Notes under the pieces: model-generated | What the model was told of the DNA's origin: nothing | Databases searched by the model: none | What the model saw: the letters and a program-made list of their open reading frames with translations, nothing else | Shown here: piece by piece, positions 30,369 through 40,287 of the stretch | How the letters are laid out: every line of letters begins with the position of its first letter | How positions within the stretch are numbered: the first letter of the stretch is position 1 | Program-made: the position numbers and the translations under genes | Assembly (NCBI GenBank): GCA_049970055.1 | Contig: JBMFNR010000002.1 | Location: forward strand, 436,406 to 500,405 | DNA length: 64,000 nt | Origin: Fervidobacterium sp. | GTDB taxonomy: Bacteria > Thermotogota > Thermotogae > Thermotogales > Fervidobacteriaceae | Direction of reading: 5' to 3'

Positions 30369-32114
30369 TTACTTTAGTTCGAATATCTCTCTAAGTGGAG
30401 GAATCAGATCGAGATATTTTTTATAGTAGACGAGTTTCCAACGAGGTCTTAAAAGATTGATGTCTTTTATAATGGGATTGAGCTCCAAGAATTCTTGCGC
30501 AGACACAGCTAACCTTTGAACGAGTTGATTAAATGTGTCGCCAGGTTTCACTACATACTCTAGTTTTACATAACTTGATCTGTTACCATCAATTTCGGCA
30601 CTAATCTCTTTATTTGCAAAAGAATTAAATAATATTTCCTGCACAGGGATTTCGAAATCTTTTACGACTTTTCCTTTTAAAATGGGTAACGTGCCGTAAG
30701 TTCTAACTGTAGGTACTGAAACAAGCAACTTATCTTTTTCTTCCAAAGGTTTACCTGCATATAATACGTTCCTTACAGTTTTTTCGTTTAAAACTATACC
30801 GTATTCTATATTCTCAAATAAATCGAACAACCATGGTTTGGTTATCAACGGTTCTTTGAATATTACCTTCGTTCCATCGTAATTTAGTAAGTTAACAGAA
30901 TTGTTGATTATTTCTTTGATATCTTTGCCCGTTAATTCAACTAACTTTATTGTTGTTGTTTTTCCGACAAATGAATAGATATCTCTCCTTGTTATAGGGC
31001 CTTCAGAAATACCTTGGCAACTCGGATTAAAGACATTCCATGTCCCAGCATTTGCAAAGACATAGTCTATGATTGACTTGTTAACAATTTCCGTGATCAA
31101 ATTATCGTCCAATATTGTCATGTACTTATTAAACCCGCTTGAAACAGTTGAAGTGGCAATGGATTCATCTAACCACTTATTAAATTCTGCTTCGAAAACT
31201 GCAATACTGTTCAATATTTCTTCTGATGGGATAATTCCAGCAAAGTCCACTCTCTTTATGTCGATTGATTTTATTTTAAATTTATTATTCTCTTTTTCTG
31301 CGACTATTGTGATTTTGTTCACACCCGTTCCTTCGCTTCCGGCAATGGAGTAAACTTTATTTGACTTCGAGGAAGTATAAACAACATCTTGATTACCAAA
31401 TAAAAATATATCTACATCATTTGAAAACTCTTTGACAAGTTCATCCCCTATGTTTAAATCGCTTTTCAGTGCCAGTGATTTTCCAGATATAGGGCTGTTT
31501 GTGATGCCTCCACTTGTTGCAAGGATGATAAGATCCGGATTTTTACTTTTTACAGTTTTAAGCGTATTTCTAACTGCAGTCTTGTAATCTACGAGATTTC
31601 CCGATTTATATGTTGTAACCACACCCACCACTGCTATTTTAAATCCTTCCGAAGAGGTTTTTATGTAGTAACTCTCTATATTGTTTGAAAGTAGACCTTT
31701 AAGGTTTGAAGCTAACACCTTTGCTTTCATTTTTGAAAATACATCAAGTAATTTTTCGGGGGGGTAATTCAACTCAAATGTTCCAGGAACGAAAGCATCA
31801 TATTTGATTTTGTTGAATGTATCAATAACTGGGATATCATTTTTTGTTTTGGAGAAATCTCCGAATGGGGAACCATAAAGTAAGTTTCCTGTATCGATCA
31901 AAAGTACATCCTTATTCTTTTCTCTCAAGTCATCAACATATGTTTTTATAATTGCCAAACCACCAGATTGATAAGTGTTATTAAAATAATTGTAAGGTAG
32001 GACATTTCCATAGATATTGGAAGTGTGAAGTACAACAATCTGCGACGAAAAGCCAAGTACTGCAAAAAAGAAAGCTACCAGTGCTCCAAGTAAGGAAATT
32101 TTATTCATCTTCAT
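30369..32114 (-). CDS. Exported 5'-nucleotidase/CpdB-fold protein with C-terminal LysM; catalytic motifs degenerate
   Basis: HTSNIYG, DTGN, GTFE at metallophosphoesterase motif positions; YVVKPGDT...ELNP LysM. Confidence 0.75.
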   Translation of the reverse strand: MKMNKISLLGALVAFFFAVLGFSSQIVVLHTSNIYGNVLPYNYFNNTYQSGGLAIIKTYVDDLREKNKDVLLIDTGNLLYGSPFGDFSKTKNDIPVIDTFNKIKYDAFVPGTFELNYPPEKLLDVFSKMKAKVLASNLKGLLSNNIESYYIKTSSEGFKIAVVGVVTTYKSGNLVDYKTAVRNTLKTVKSKNPDLIILATSGGITNSPISGKSLALKSDLNIGDELVKEFSNDVDIFLFGNQDVVYTSSKSNKVYSIAGSEGTGVNKITIVAEKENNKFKIKSIDIKRVDFAGIIPSEEILNSIAVFEAEFNKWLDESIATSTVSSGFNKYMTILDDNLITEIVNKSIIDYVFANAGTWNVFNPSCQGISEGPITRRDIYSFVGKTTTIKLVELTGKDIKEIINNSVNLLNYDGTKVIFKEPLITKPWLFDLFENIEYGIVLNEKTVRNVLYAGKPLEEKDKLLVSVPTVRTYGTLPILKGKVVKDFEIPVQEILFNSFANKEISAEIDGNRSSYVKLEYVVKPGDTFNQLVQRLAVSAQEFLELNPIIKDINLLRPRWKLVYYKKYLDLIPPLREIFELK

Positions 32115-32686
32115 CTATATCGCCCTCCTTTTAAATCTTCATAACAGTCTTTGCAAACTGCGATGTATTTTTCCTTTCCACCAATGTCGAATATCCCACC
32201 ACTCGTCATCTTTTTGTACGAGAGCGTCCCTTTGTACTCTCCACATACCTCGCAGACAGCTTTTTTCTTGATAACTTCATCCGCAATAGCCATTAACAAC
32301 GCAGTCGTTGTGAATGGTTCCCAAAGATAGTTCATATCAAGCCCAGCGCAATAAACATCTACACCTGTTTTGATGATTTCTTTCACCGCATCTACTAGTG
32401 AAGTGTCGAAAAAGTGCACTTCGTCGATGAAAATGGCATCTGGTTTTTCACTCATCGAATTGAAATAGTCCTTGAATTCTTGAGTATTTTGAACTGTATG
32501 AGCTGGCATTTTGAATAATTTGTGCGTTACAACATCTTCTTGACTATACCTAGTATCAATTTTTGGTTTTATTATGCACGTTTTTTTTCTTCCCAGTTCA
32601 TAAATTTCCGCAAAGTTCAAAAGTTCTGTAGTCTTTCCTGAAAACATTGGGCCAACAATTACTGTGAGTTTGCCGGTACCTTTCAA
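32111..32686 (-). CDS. tdk: Thymidine kinase (start probably TTG 32686)
   Basis: GPMFSGKTTEL, IDEVHF, AGLD, CEVC...CKDC. Confidence 0.95.
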   Translation of the reverse strand: MKGTGKLTVIVGPMFSGKTTELLNFAEIYELGRKKTCIIKPKIDTRYSQEDVVTHKLFKMPAHTVQNTQEFKDYFNSMSEKPDAIFIDEVHFFDTSLVDAVKEIIKTGVDVYCAGLDMNYLWEPFTTTALLMAIADEVIKKKAVCEVCGEYKGTLSYKKMTSGGIFDIGGKEKYIAVCKDCYEDLKGGRYR

Positions 32687-32803
32687 AAAGACACACCCCC
32701 AAGTCTTTTTCACTATATTCAGCTTTAATGTTTCTTATAGTTCTTTCTACTAATCGTTAAAAAATCTGATATAATTATATCAGAAAAAGGAGGGTATGTA
32801 CAG

Positions 32804-33589
32804 ATGGAAATACAAAGCTTAATTCGAAAACTGGTAGACACTCACGCACACTTGCATATGCCTCATTTCGACAAAAATAGAGAAGAACTACTGGAAGTAG
32901 TTAAGCAGATGAGATTTGTGCTTAATGTTTCAACGAGCATGGAAGATTTGTCATCTACTTTAGAAGTCACAGATGCTTTACCGAATACTTTTGCATCCGT
33001 TGGTATTCACCCGCATGATGCTTTAAATGTTCCAAAAAATTACATGGATGTACTTAGAGATCTTGTGAAAAGCAACAAAAAAGTAATTTCAATAGGCGAG
33101 ATAGGATTGGATTATTTCAGAAACCTATCTCCTATTGATGTACAAAGGAAAGTCTTTGCAGAACAATTGATGCTTGCAAATGAATTAAAAAGGCCTGTTG
33201 TTTTGCATATTCGTGACGCATACAAGGATGCTCACGAAATTGTCAAACTTATCGGTGCTGAAAAAGGAGGAATAGTGCACGCATTCAGTGGAGATGAGAG
33301 ATGGGCAAGGGAATTTGTCAAACTTGGCTTTAAGATTGGAGTTGGAGGACCATTGACGTATCCAAAGAACGATTCCTTAAGAACCGTGGTCAAAATAATA
33401 GGAATAAAAAATATTGTTACAGAAACCGACTGCCCATATCTGCCACCACAGCAGTACCGTGGTAAAAGAAACGAGCCAATGTATGTATACTACGTTTTCG
33501 AGGAATTAAATCGTATTTTTGGATACGAGGTCTACGAGGCAATTTGGGAAAATACAAAAGAAGTATTCGAGTTATCAGAGGTTGATTGA
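32804..33589 (+). CDS. tatD: TatD-family hydrolase
   Basis: DTHAHL, GIHPH, GEIGLDY, HIRDA, ETDCPYL, RNEP. Confidence 0.93.
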   Translation: MEIQSLIRKLVDTHAHLHMPHFDKNREELLEVVKQMRFVLNVSTSMEDLSSTLEVTDALPNTFASVGIHPHDALNVPKNYMDVLRDLVKSNKKVISIGEIGLDYFRNLSPIDVQRKVFAEQLMLANELKRPVVLHIRDAYKDAHEIVKLIGAEKGGIVHAFSGDERWAREFVKLGFKIGVGGPLTYPKNDSLRTVVKIIGIKNIVTETDCPYLPPQQYRGKRNEPMYVYYVFEELNRIFGYEVYEAIWENTKEVFELSEVD

Positions 33590-33590
33590 A

Positions 33591-34163
33591 ATGATTGAAA
33601 TTATACACGGTACATACTATGGTAGAAGTGAAGGGAAGATACTTGTCTTTGTAAGTGGAATAGTACTTGGTATAGTAACCGATGCTGAAAGTTTTTCTGA
33701 TAAGAAAGAGGGGGAAGAAATAAGAGTTTACGCAAAGTTTTTGATTACTCAAGAAGATATATCTTTGTACGGTTTTGATTCAAATTCAAAAAAGGAAGTT
33801 TTTGAAAAACTAATCAAAGTATCAAAACTTGGCCCAAAAACAGCAGTCAAGATTTTGTCATCTACGAGTATAGAATTTTTGTCGAACGCTATAGCAACGG
33901 GAGATGTCGAGAAACTTTCCACAATTCCAGGAATAGGCAGAAAAACTGCGGAAAGAATAATTGCCGAGCTAAAGGACGAATTTGAAACTGTTGAGGTGGA
34001 TGAATCTTCTATTGAAGCTATAGAAGCCCTTGTATCCCTTGGTTACTCACGAACACAAGCACGTAATGCGGTGACAAAAGTGATTAAAGAAATGCCAATC
34101 AAGGGTAATATATCAAAGATAATAAAAGAAGCGTTAAAAGTGCTTGCAAAGTACAACGGTTAA
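33591..34163 (+). CDS. ruvA: Holliday junction branch migration protein RuvA (start 33591)
   Basis: LYGF, LGPKTA, PGIGRKTAERIIAEL, ALVSLGY. Confidence 0.95.
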   Translation: MIEIIHGTYYGRSEGKILVFVSGIVLGIVTDAESFSDKKEGEEIRVYAKFLITQEDISLYGFDSNSKKEVFEKLIKVSKLGPKTAVKILSSTSIEFLSNAIATGDVEKLSTIPGIGRKTAERIIAELKDEFETVEVDESSIEAIEALVSLGYSRTQARNAVTKVIKEMPIKGNISKIIKEALKVLAKYNG

Positions 34164-34185
34164 ACTTTTTAACGAGGCGATTCGC

Positions 34186-34731
34186 ATGAATGTCATGGAT
34201 GTAGGGAGTATCCAAAGTGTTCAAACTGTTATTGTCAACCCAATGCTTGGATACAAACTCGATTTTGGCGAACCCGGTATTCCATCAGGAGCCCCAGCAA
34301 GTCAGAGTGTTTTAAGAGTATTAAACCAAGAATTAGCCAATTACATGGACTTTAAAAAGCAGGCCATGAAAAAAGGTGGGTTCATAATAGCTGGGGGAAT
34401 ATATCTTGATATGCAAAAACGTGGCTCTTTCTTGGCTGCTGTTGCTGGGGAGACGAAGGTATTGATGTACATTCCTGGCGAAAATAGGTCTGATGGAAAC
34501 ATAAATAATACCAAAGGTCTTGGAAAGACTGTGGAAGAAGACTTTAAAAAATCGAAGATAGAGCAAAAAATAGACGAATTGTACAGAAAACTTTCCACAA
34601 CCAATGATCCAGTGGAGAGAGAAAAGCTTCAACAGCAAATACTTATGTTGACGATGGCGATGAATGCTCTGATGTTTGGCATGAAAATACCAGAAATACT
34701 AATAGGAGCTCTTATAAATACTACTGTATGA
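34186..34731 (+). CDS. Hypothetical protein with C-terminal coiled coil
   Basis: GAGG RBS before ATG 34186; sits within a plus-strand gene run. Confidence 0.6.
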   Translation: MNVMDVGSIQSVQTVIVNPMLGYKLDFGEPGIPSGAPASQSVLRVLNQELANYMDFKKQAMKKGGFIIAGGIYLDMQKRGSFLAAVAGETKVLMYIPGENRSDGNINNTKGLGKTVEEDFKKSKIEQKIDELYRKLSTTNDPVEREKLQQQILMLTMAMNALMFGMKIPEILIGALINTTV

Positions 34732-34768
34732 ACTTTACAGGTCAATATTACAAGCGGAGGGATAGGGT

Positions 34769-35098
34769 GTGAAGATATCTGACATTGCAAACAAGTTAGG
34801 ACTCAGAATTGTTCATTTCGCAGATGATTACGAAATTGAGCATGGATATATTGGGGATTTACTAAGTATCGTTATGCGTTCGGCACAACAAAACTCAGTT
34901 TGGTTAACTGTTCAAAGTCACGTAAATATAATCGCAGTAGCGGTACTCACCGGTGTAAAGGCAATAGTGCTTTGCGAAGGCTTGGAATTTCCAAGAGAAA
35001 CGGTGGAAAAGGCAAAGGAAGAAAATATAAATCTGTATATTTCGCCAGAAAATTCGTATATAACAGCTGGGAGAATGTACGAAATTGGTGTCAAATAA
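34769..35098 (+). CDS. DRTGG-domain protein
   Basis: GYIGDLLSIVM, WLTVQSHVNIIAVA. Confidence 0.8.
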   Translation: MKISDIANKLGLRIVHFADDYEIEHGYIGDLLSIVMRSAQQNSVWLTVQSHVNIIAVAVLTGVKAIVLCEGLEFPRETVEKAKEENINLYISPENSYITAGRMYEIGVK

Positions 35099-35810
35099 TC
35101 AGTACACGATCTTTGCGGATTTACATGTACACTCTTGCCTTTCCCCTTGCGCAGATATAAGTATGCTGCCCTCTGTGATCTGTAATAAGCCGCTAGATAT
35201 TATCTCAATAACTGATCATAATTCCGCCCTTAATATAGCGGCTTTCATTGGGTTTTGTGGGAAAGTTTTCGGAGCTGGCAAGGTGATTGTTCCTGGAATA
35301 GAAATACACACAGTTGAGGATGTTCACATACTTGGGTACTTTAGTTCTCTGGAGAATTGTTTAAAGGTTTCAGAAATAATAAAGCAGAATCTTACACCAT
35401 TTACATACGATCCTGAAACATTTGGATACCAAATCGTTATTAATGAAAATGAAGAATTCATTAGCACGGTTGAAAATTATCTCGGCTTCCCAACGAATTT
35501 GACGATCAAAGATACGATCGATATCATATTGGAAAACAATGGGTTGCCAGTCTTTGCACACGTCGATAGAAAATTTGGTGCTATTTACCAGCTAGGCTTA
35601 CTTCCCGAAGGTAGTAGGTACATTGAAGTAAAAAAGAAATCTACGTACGAGGAACTAAAAAACGAAGGATTCATAATACTCACTTCATCCGACGCGCATT
35701 TGCCAGACGAAGTGGGAATAAGAAAGATATTTTTCGAAGAAAGACCGAAAAGTGCAAAGGAAGTTTTAGAATTGATCATTGAAGGGAGGTTTAAAACAAT
35801 TTGGGACTGA
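35085..35810 (+). CDS. PHP-domain phosphoesterase
   Basis: DLHVHSCLSPC, ITDHN, AHVDR, SSDAH. Confidence 0.88.
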   Translation: MVSNNQYTIFADLHVHSCLSPCADISMLPSVICNKPLDIISITDHNSALNIAAFIGFCGKVFGAGKVIVPGIEIHTVEDVHILGYFSSLENCLKVSEIIKQNLTPFTYDPETFGYQIVINENEEFISTVENYLGFPTNLTIKDTIDIILENNGLPVFAHVDRKFGAIYQLGLLPEGSRYIEVKKKSTYEELKNEGFIILTSSDAHLPDEVGIRKIFFEERPKSAKEVLELIIEGRFKTIWD

Positions 35811-36376
35811 TAACAATTGCAGATCATTTACATGACATTGCTGAAAATTCTATAAATGCAAGGGCAAAGAACGTGGCGATAAATATTAAAGAAACAAACG
35901 ATACGTTTTACTTTTCCGTTGAAGATGATGCTGGTGGAATAAGGCCAGACGTTTTTGAAGGAATATTTGATCCTTTTGTGACAACGCGAGAAAAGAAAAT
36001 AAGACGCGTGGGGTTGGGGCTTCCTTTTTTAAAACAAGCTACTGAACAAACAGGAGGTTATACGAAAATACAAACAGAATTAGGAAAGGGGACAAAGACT
36101 GAGGCGCTTTTTTACAAATCGCATATTGATTGCCAACCCGTTGGAAATATAGCAGACGCAATCCTTGTTTTGCTTTTAAATAACTCTATCAACTGGAAAA
36201 TAGAAAGGTGTTTCAACGATAATTGTTATTCTATAGAAAGTGAAACGATAAAAGCGTATTTAGGTGAATTAGATTCACCAGAGAAAATGCTTTTGCTCAA
36301 AGATATGTTAAACGAATTAGAAGAATCTATCGTAATATCTGACGTAATAATAAAACTGAGGAGGGATTTTAGGTGA
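35801..36376 (+). CDS. Stand-alone HATPase_c (GHKL) ATP-binding protein
   Basis: DIAENS, EDDAGG, DPFVTTR, VGLGLP, SHIDCQPVG. Confidence 0.82.
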   Translation: MGLITIADHLHDIAENSINARAKNVAINIKETNDTFYFSVEDDAGGIRPDVFEGIFDPFVTTREKKIRRVGLGLPFLKQATEQTGGYTKIQTELGKGTKTEALFYKSHIDCQPVGNIADAILVLLLNNSINWKIERCFNDNCYSIESETIKAYLGELDSPEKMLLLKDMLNELEESIVISDVIIKLRRDFR

Positions 36377-38586
36377 GTAAAAAACTTTTATTAATCACAG
36401 TTTTTATTTTGGCATTATCCGTTGTATCGTTTTCGTTTGTACTAGTAGACGTGCACTTTGAAGGATTGAAAACTCTGAAAGCACAGGATCTCCAAGAATA
36501 TTACAGCCAGTATATCGGGAAAGATATTAACGAAAACGCCATATCGGATATCGTTAATTCCATTGATGGAACGGGATTTTTTGAGAATATTAAGTATGAA
36601 ATACTCGATGCTTTCGGTGATTCGAGCAAAAAGATTTTGAAAATAAATGTCGTCGAGAATCCTCCAATTAAAAAGATCGATTTTGAAATCCAAGGCCCTG
36701 GAATAATTGATTTGGATACGGTAAAAAAAGAAGTTAAACTCCAAGAAGGCAAGCCTTTCAGTTTCTCAAAATTCTGGGATAGCATTGCAGCAATTGCGGA
36801 TCTTTACTCATCAAAGGGATTTTTGGTTGCAACTCCAAGATCTCAAGACAAATCCTTTGGTTTTATTTACGTAAGTGGGAACATTTTTGATGATGGGAAT
36901 GTTAAATTTTTAATCAAAGAAAACGTACTTTACGATGTTGGTTTTGATGTGGTCAGTGATGATGAAGAATTCAAAGATGCATTCAAAGATGTGTCAAGCA
37001 AAGTTTCAGTAAAAAGGTATAAAGATTACGAGAGAAAAAATTGGTTTGAGCGGCTATTTGATACTGAAAAAGATTACATCCCAAATCAACAAACCCTGCA
37101 GTCGATTTTTCAAACTCTGTCAAAGTACACCTATGTAAAGATAGTAGGTGTCTCTGTTGAGGAAGTTCAGTCAAAATTTCCAGCGAAATCACTCTTAATA
37201 ACTGTAACTGACAACACAATTACACCCCAACCAATAAAGCTTAAAGGGATAAAGACAGTTGGTAACACACTCTTTACCCAAAAAGATTTGATAGGTGAAA
37301 CGAGTGAGGGAACGTATACAAATTTCAAGATATTATCTAAAGTTCAACAGGTAAAGGACAAATACGACAATGCGGGATACTTTATAAATCTTAACTTGGG
37401 GTTAGATGACGACGGATACTTAGCGATTAAGATCGACGAAATAAAAGTAAGACAGGTAAAAATAACTGGGAATGATGTAACTAAAGACTACGTTTTTAAC
37501 GATGTTATAAGTGTCAAACCAGGTGATTTTCTAAAACGAGCTGAACTGCAAAGCACATATATTGAGCTTTCAAAACTTAATTTCTTCAAAAACATTGACA
37601 TTGGTTTTGAGCCTGTCGAAAATGACCCGACAAAAGTTGACGTTGTTGTTAAGATAATAGAAAAAGACAAAAAGTTTGATTTCCAAGGTGGTGTCACGTG
37701 GGGGCCAGTGAAAGATAGACCTTGGTGGGATGGTATAGCAGGATTAATTTCTATTTCTACTACAAATCCATTTGGTTATGGGGAAAGTCTCTCTTTCTCA
37801 TTACAAAAAGCACTCTCTACAACGAATTTATCCCTAAACGCAGGAATAAGGAAACCACTTAATTTACCGTTGTCGATCAGTAACTCGCTGAGTTACCAAG
37901 AAAGTCCGGTTACCGATGGTAAACAAAGAAGCTTTTCTTATCAAGTTGAGATGAATACTTTGAAAACAGCAATCGGACAATTTGGTATGAGTGTTGGGTA
38001 CAAAGACATTACCGTAACATCAACCGATACAACAGCATCAACCAATACAGTAAACGTTACTACATCGGCAAATTACGTGTATGAAACACTTGACAACCTT
38101 TACGTGCCGATGAAAGGGTACTCGTTCACTTTATCTGGAACAAAGTACTTCCCAATTTCTTCAAACGGATCTGATGCACTTAGTTACTTGGCCGAGGTTA
38201 CCTTCCATATACCATTAACAGAATCGATTTCCATTGCTTCGCGTCTATTGGCTGGTCAAGTATTTCAAAATGCTGGAGAACCTGTTACATACGAGCTCGC
38301 TGGACTAAACCAAGTTAGGGGAGTCAAATCTTCAGACAAAGGTACAGTCATTGGCTTAAATAACAACGAGGTAAGATTTAAAGCACCAGAGCAGTTGTTC
38401 TATATATCGCTTTTCTACGACATGGGTTTTGTTGACAATACATATGCCTTCGATAGACTTGTTAGCTCTGCCGGAATTGAATTTGGTCTTACGGTACCAA
38501 TGTTTGGACTCATCCGTGTTGGATGGGGATTACCCATTCCATCGAGTAATTTGAATTTTTATTTCATGTTTGGTAAAACATTCTAA
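36373..38586 (+). CDS. Omp85/BamA-family outer membrane protein with POTRA domains
   Basis: Signal peptide, POTRA-like repeats (TGFF, GNT, GND, LNFF), NPFGYG, VRG, C-terminal YFMFGKTF. Confidence 0.85.
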   Translation: MSKKLLLITVFILALSVVSFSFVLVDVHFEGLKTLKAQDLQEYYSQYIGKDINENAISDIVNSIDGTGFFENIKYEILDAFGDSSKKILKINVVENPPIKKIDFEIQGPGIIDLDTVKKEVKLQEGKPFSFSKFWDSIAAIADLYSSKGFLVATPRSQDKSFGFIYVSGNIFDDGNVKFLIKENVLYDVGFDVVSDDEEFKDAFKDVSSKVSVKRYKDYERKNWFERLFDTEKDYIPNQQTLQSIFQTLSKYTYVKIVGVSVEEVQSKFPAKSLLITVTDNTITPQPIKLKGIKTVGNTLFTQKDLIGETSEGTYTNFKILSKVQQVKDKYDNAGYFINLNLGLDDDGYLAIKIDEIKVRQVKITGNDVTKDYVFNDVISVKPGDFLKRAELQSTYIELSKLNFFKNIDIGFEPVENDPTKVDVVVKIIEKDKKFDFQGGVTWGPVKDRPWWDGIAGLISISTTNPFGYGESLSFSLQKALSTTNLSLNAGIRKPLNLPLSISNSLSYQESPVTDGKQRSFSYQVEMNTLKTAIGQFGMSVGYKDITVTSTDTTASTNTVNVTTSANYVYETLDNLYVPMKGYSFTLSGTKYFPISSNGSDALSYLAEVTFHIPLTESISIASRLLAGQVFQNAGEPVTYELAGLNQVRGVKSSDKGTVIGLNNNEVRFKAPEQLFYISLFYDMGFVDNTYAFDRLVSSAGIEFGLTVPMFGLIRVGWGLPIPSSNLNFYFMFGKTF

Positions 38587-38635
38587 TAAGTAAATAAAAT
38601 TCGGTGACTTCAGATTAAATGAATAAGGTGATTGT

Positions 38636-39259
38636 ATGGGTATAAACGATCTTATCAAAAAGATGAATGAAATAAGACAAGAAGCAAAACCTCTTGTAGA
38701 TGAAAGATGGAATGATTTTGAAGAACTGAGGCAAAACGGCAGTGAAGAAGACCTTTTTTCCGAGCTGAGCTTTTGCGTTTTGACAGCAAATTGGAGTGCA
38801 CAAGGAGGTATAAAAGCACAGAAGTTAATTGGTAGCGGTTTTGCCTATCTTTCAGAAGAAGATCTAGCGCAGAAATTAAAGCAGGTAGGGCACAGATACC
38901 CGGAAGCTAGGGCGAAGTATATCGTTTCAAATAGATGGGTTTTTGGAAGACTAAGGGAACTTATATCGCATCCCGATCCAAGGGAGTTTTTCGTAAAAAA
39001 TATAAAAGGACTTGGATGGAAAGAAAGCTCGCATTTTTTGAGAAATGTAGGATTTCCAAATTATGCAATTCTAGATAAACATGTGTTAAGAACGATGATG
39101 CAGCATGGGCTTATCGATGAGCTTCCGAAAGGATGGACGAAAAAAAGGTACCTAGATTATGAAGAAAGATTAAAAAAGGTAGCAGATGTTTTTGGAGAGC
39201 CGTTAGGAAAATTTGACCTCTATCTATGGTATATGATAAAAAAGAAGGTAGAGAAATGA
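38636..39259 (+). CDS. ogg: 8-oxoguanine DNA glycosylase/AP lyase (Ogg2 type)
   Basis: ELSFCVLTAN, KGLGWKESSHFLRNVG, ILDKH, DLYLWY. Confidence 0.92.
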   Translation: MGINDLIKKMNEIRQEAKPLVDERWNDFEELRQNGSEEDLFSELSFCVLTANWSAQGGIKAQKLIGSGFAYLSEEDLAQKLKQVGHRYPEARAKYIVSNRWVFGRLRELISHPDPREFFVKNIKGLGWKESSHFLRNVGFPNYAILDKHVLRTMMQHGLIDELPKGWTKKRYLDYEERLKKVADVFGEPLGKFDLYLWYMIKKKVEK

Positions 39260-39298
39260 ATTATCTTTGAATATTTTGAATGATGGGAGGTACATTGT

Positions 39299-40210
39299 AT
39301 GAAACTTATCGAAAGTGTTCCCAATTTTAGTGAGGGTAGGCGGGAAGAAATTGTAAGACAAATTATCGATGAAGCAAACAAATATCCAAAAGTTAGAGTT
39401 TTAGATTGGTCGATGGACAAAGACCACAATAGGTCGGTTGTCACACTTGTTGGAGAACCAGAACAAATACTTGATGCGCTATTCGATATGACGAAAAAGG
39501 CTGCAGAACTTATTGACTTGCGCTACCACAAAGGGGAACATCCCAGAATGGGAGCGACAGACGTAATTCCGTTAGTTCCGCTTGTAGGTACGAATATGGA
39601 AGAATGTGTCGAATGGTCAAAAAAACTGGGTGAGAGAATTGGAAGAGAGTTGGATATTCCTGTCTACCTGTATGAAAGAAGTGCAACAAGTCCGGGGCGA
39701 GAAAACCTCTCAGAGATTAGAAAGGGGGAATTCGAAGGATTTTTTGAAAAGATAAAAGATCCAAAATGGAAGCCGGACTTCGGTCCTGACAAGGTTCACG
39801 AAACAGCAGGTGTTACAGCCATTGGTGCGAGAGAATTTTTGATTGCTTTCAACGTTAACTTGGGAACAAATAATATTGAAATTGCAGATAAAATAGCAAA
39901 AGCGGTCAGACACGTAAGTGGTGGGTACAGATACGTTAAAGCAATGGGGGTAGAACTAAAAGAGAAAGGTATTGTACAAGTTTCAATGAACTTGACAAAT
40001 TACAAAAAATCTCCGATATTCAGAGTCTTCGAAACTATAAAAAGAGAAGCTGAAAGATATGGTGTTCCGGTTGTCGGAAGTGAAATAATTGGTATGGTTC
40101 CTCTTCAAGCTATAGTGGAAGCGTTTATGTGGTACTTGCGGATAGACGATTTCGGACCGAATAGAGTAATTGAGCAAAAATTGTTAGAACAATTAACAAA
40201 AGAAGAGTAG
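39299..40210 (+). CDS. Glutamate formiminotransferase
   Basis: VPNFSEGR, DHNRSVVT, HPRMGATDV, VQVSMNL. Confidence 0.93.
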   Translation: MKLIESVPNFSEGRREEIVRQIIDEANKYPKVRVLDWSMDKDHNRSVVTLVGEPEQILDALFDMTKKAAELIDLRYHKGEHPRMGATDVIPLVPLVGTNMEECVEWSKKLGERIGRELDIPVYLYERSATSPGRENLSEIRKGEFEGFFEKIKDPKWKPDFGPDKVHETAGVTAIGAREFLIAFNVNLGTNNIEIADKIAKAVRHVSGGYRYVKAMGVELKEKGIVQVSMNLTNYKKSPIFRVFETIKREAERYGVPVVGSEIIGMVPLQAIVEAFMWYLRIDDFGPNRVIEQKLLEQLTKEE

Positions 40211-40215
40211 TTTTG

Positions 40216-40247
40216 AAAAGGGAAATGCATTTGCATTTCCCTTTTTT
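40216..40247 (+). terminator. Intrinsic terminator
   Basis: AAAAGGGAAATGCA-TT-TGCATTTCCCTTTTTT. Confidence 0.8.
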
Positions 40248-40287
40248 ATGATATAATAGTTCGTAGTACGAACAAGGAGGTGGTTTT

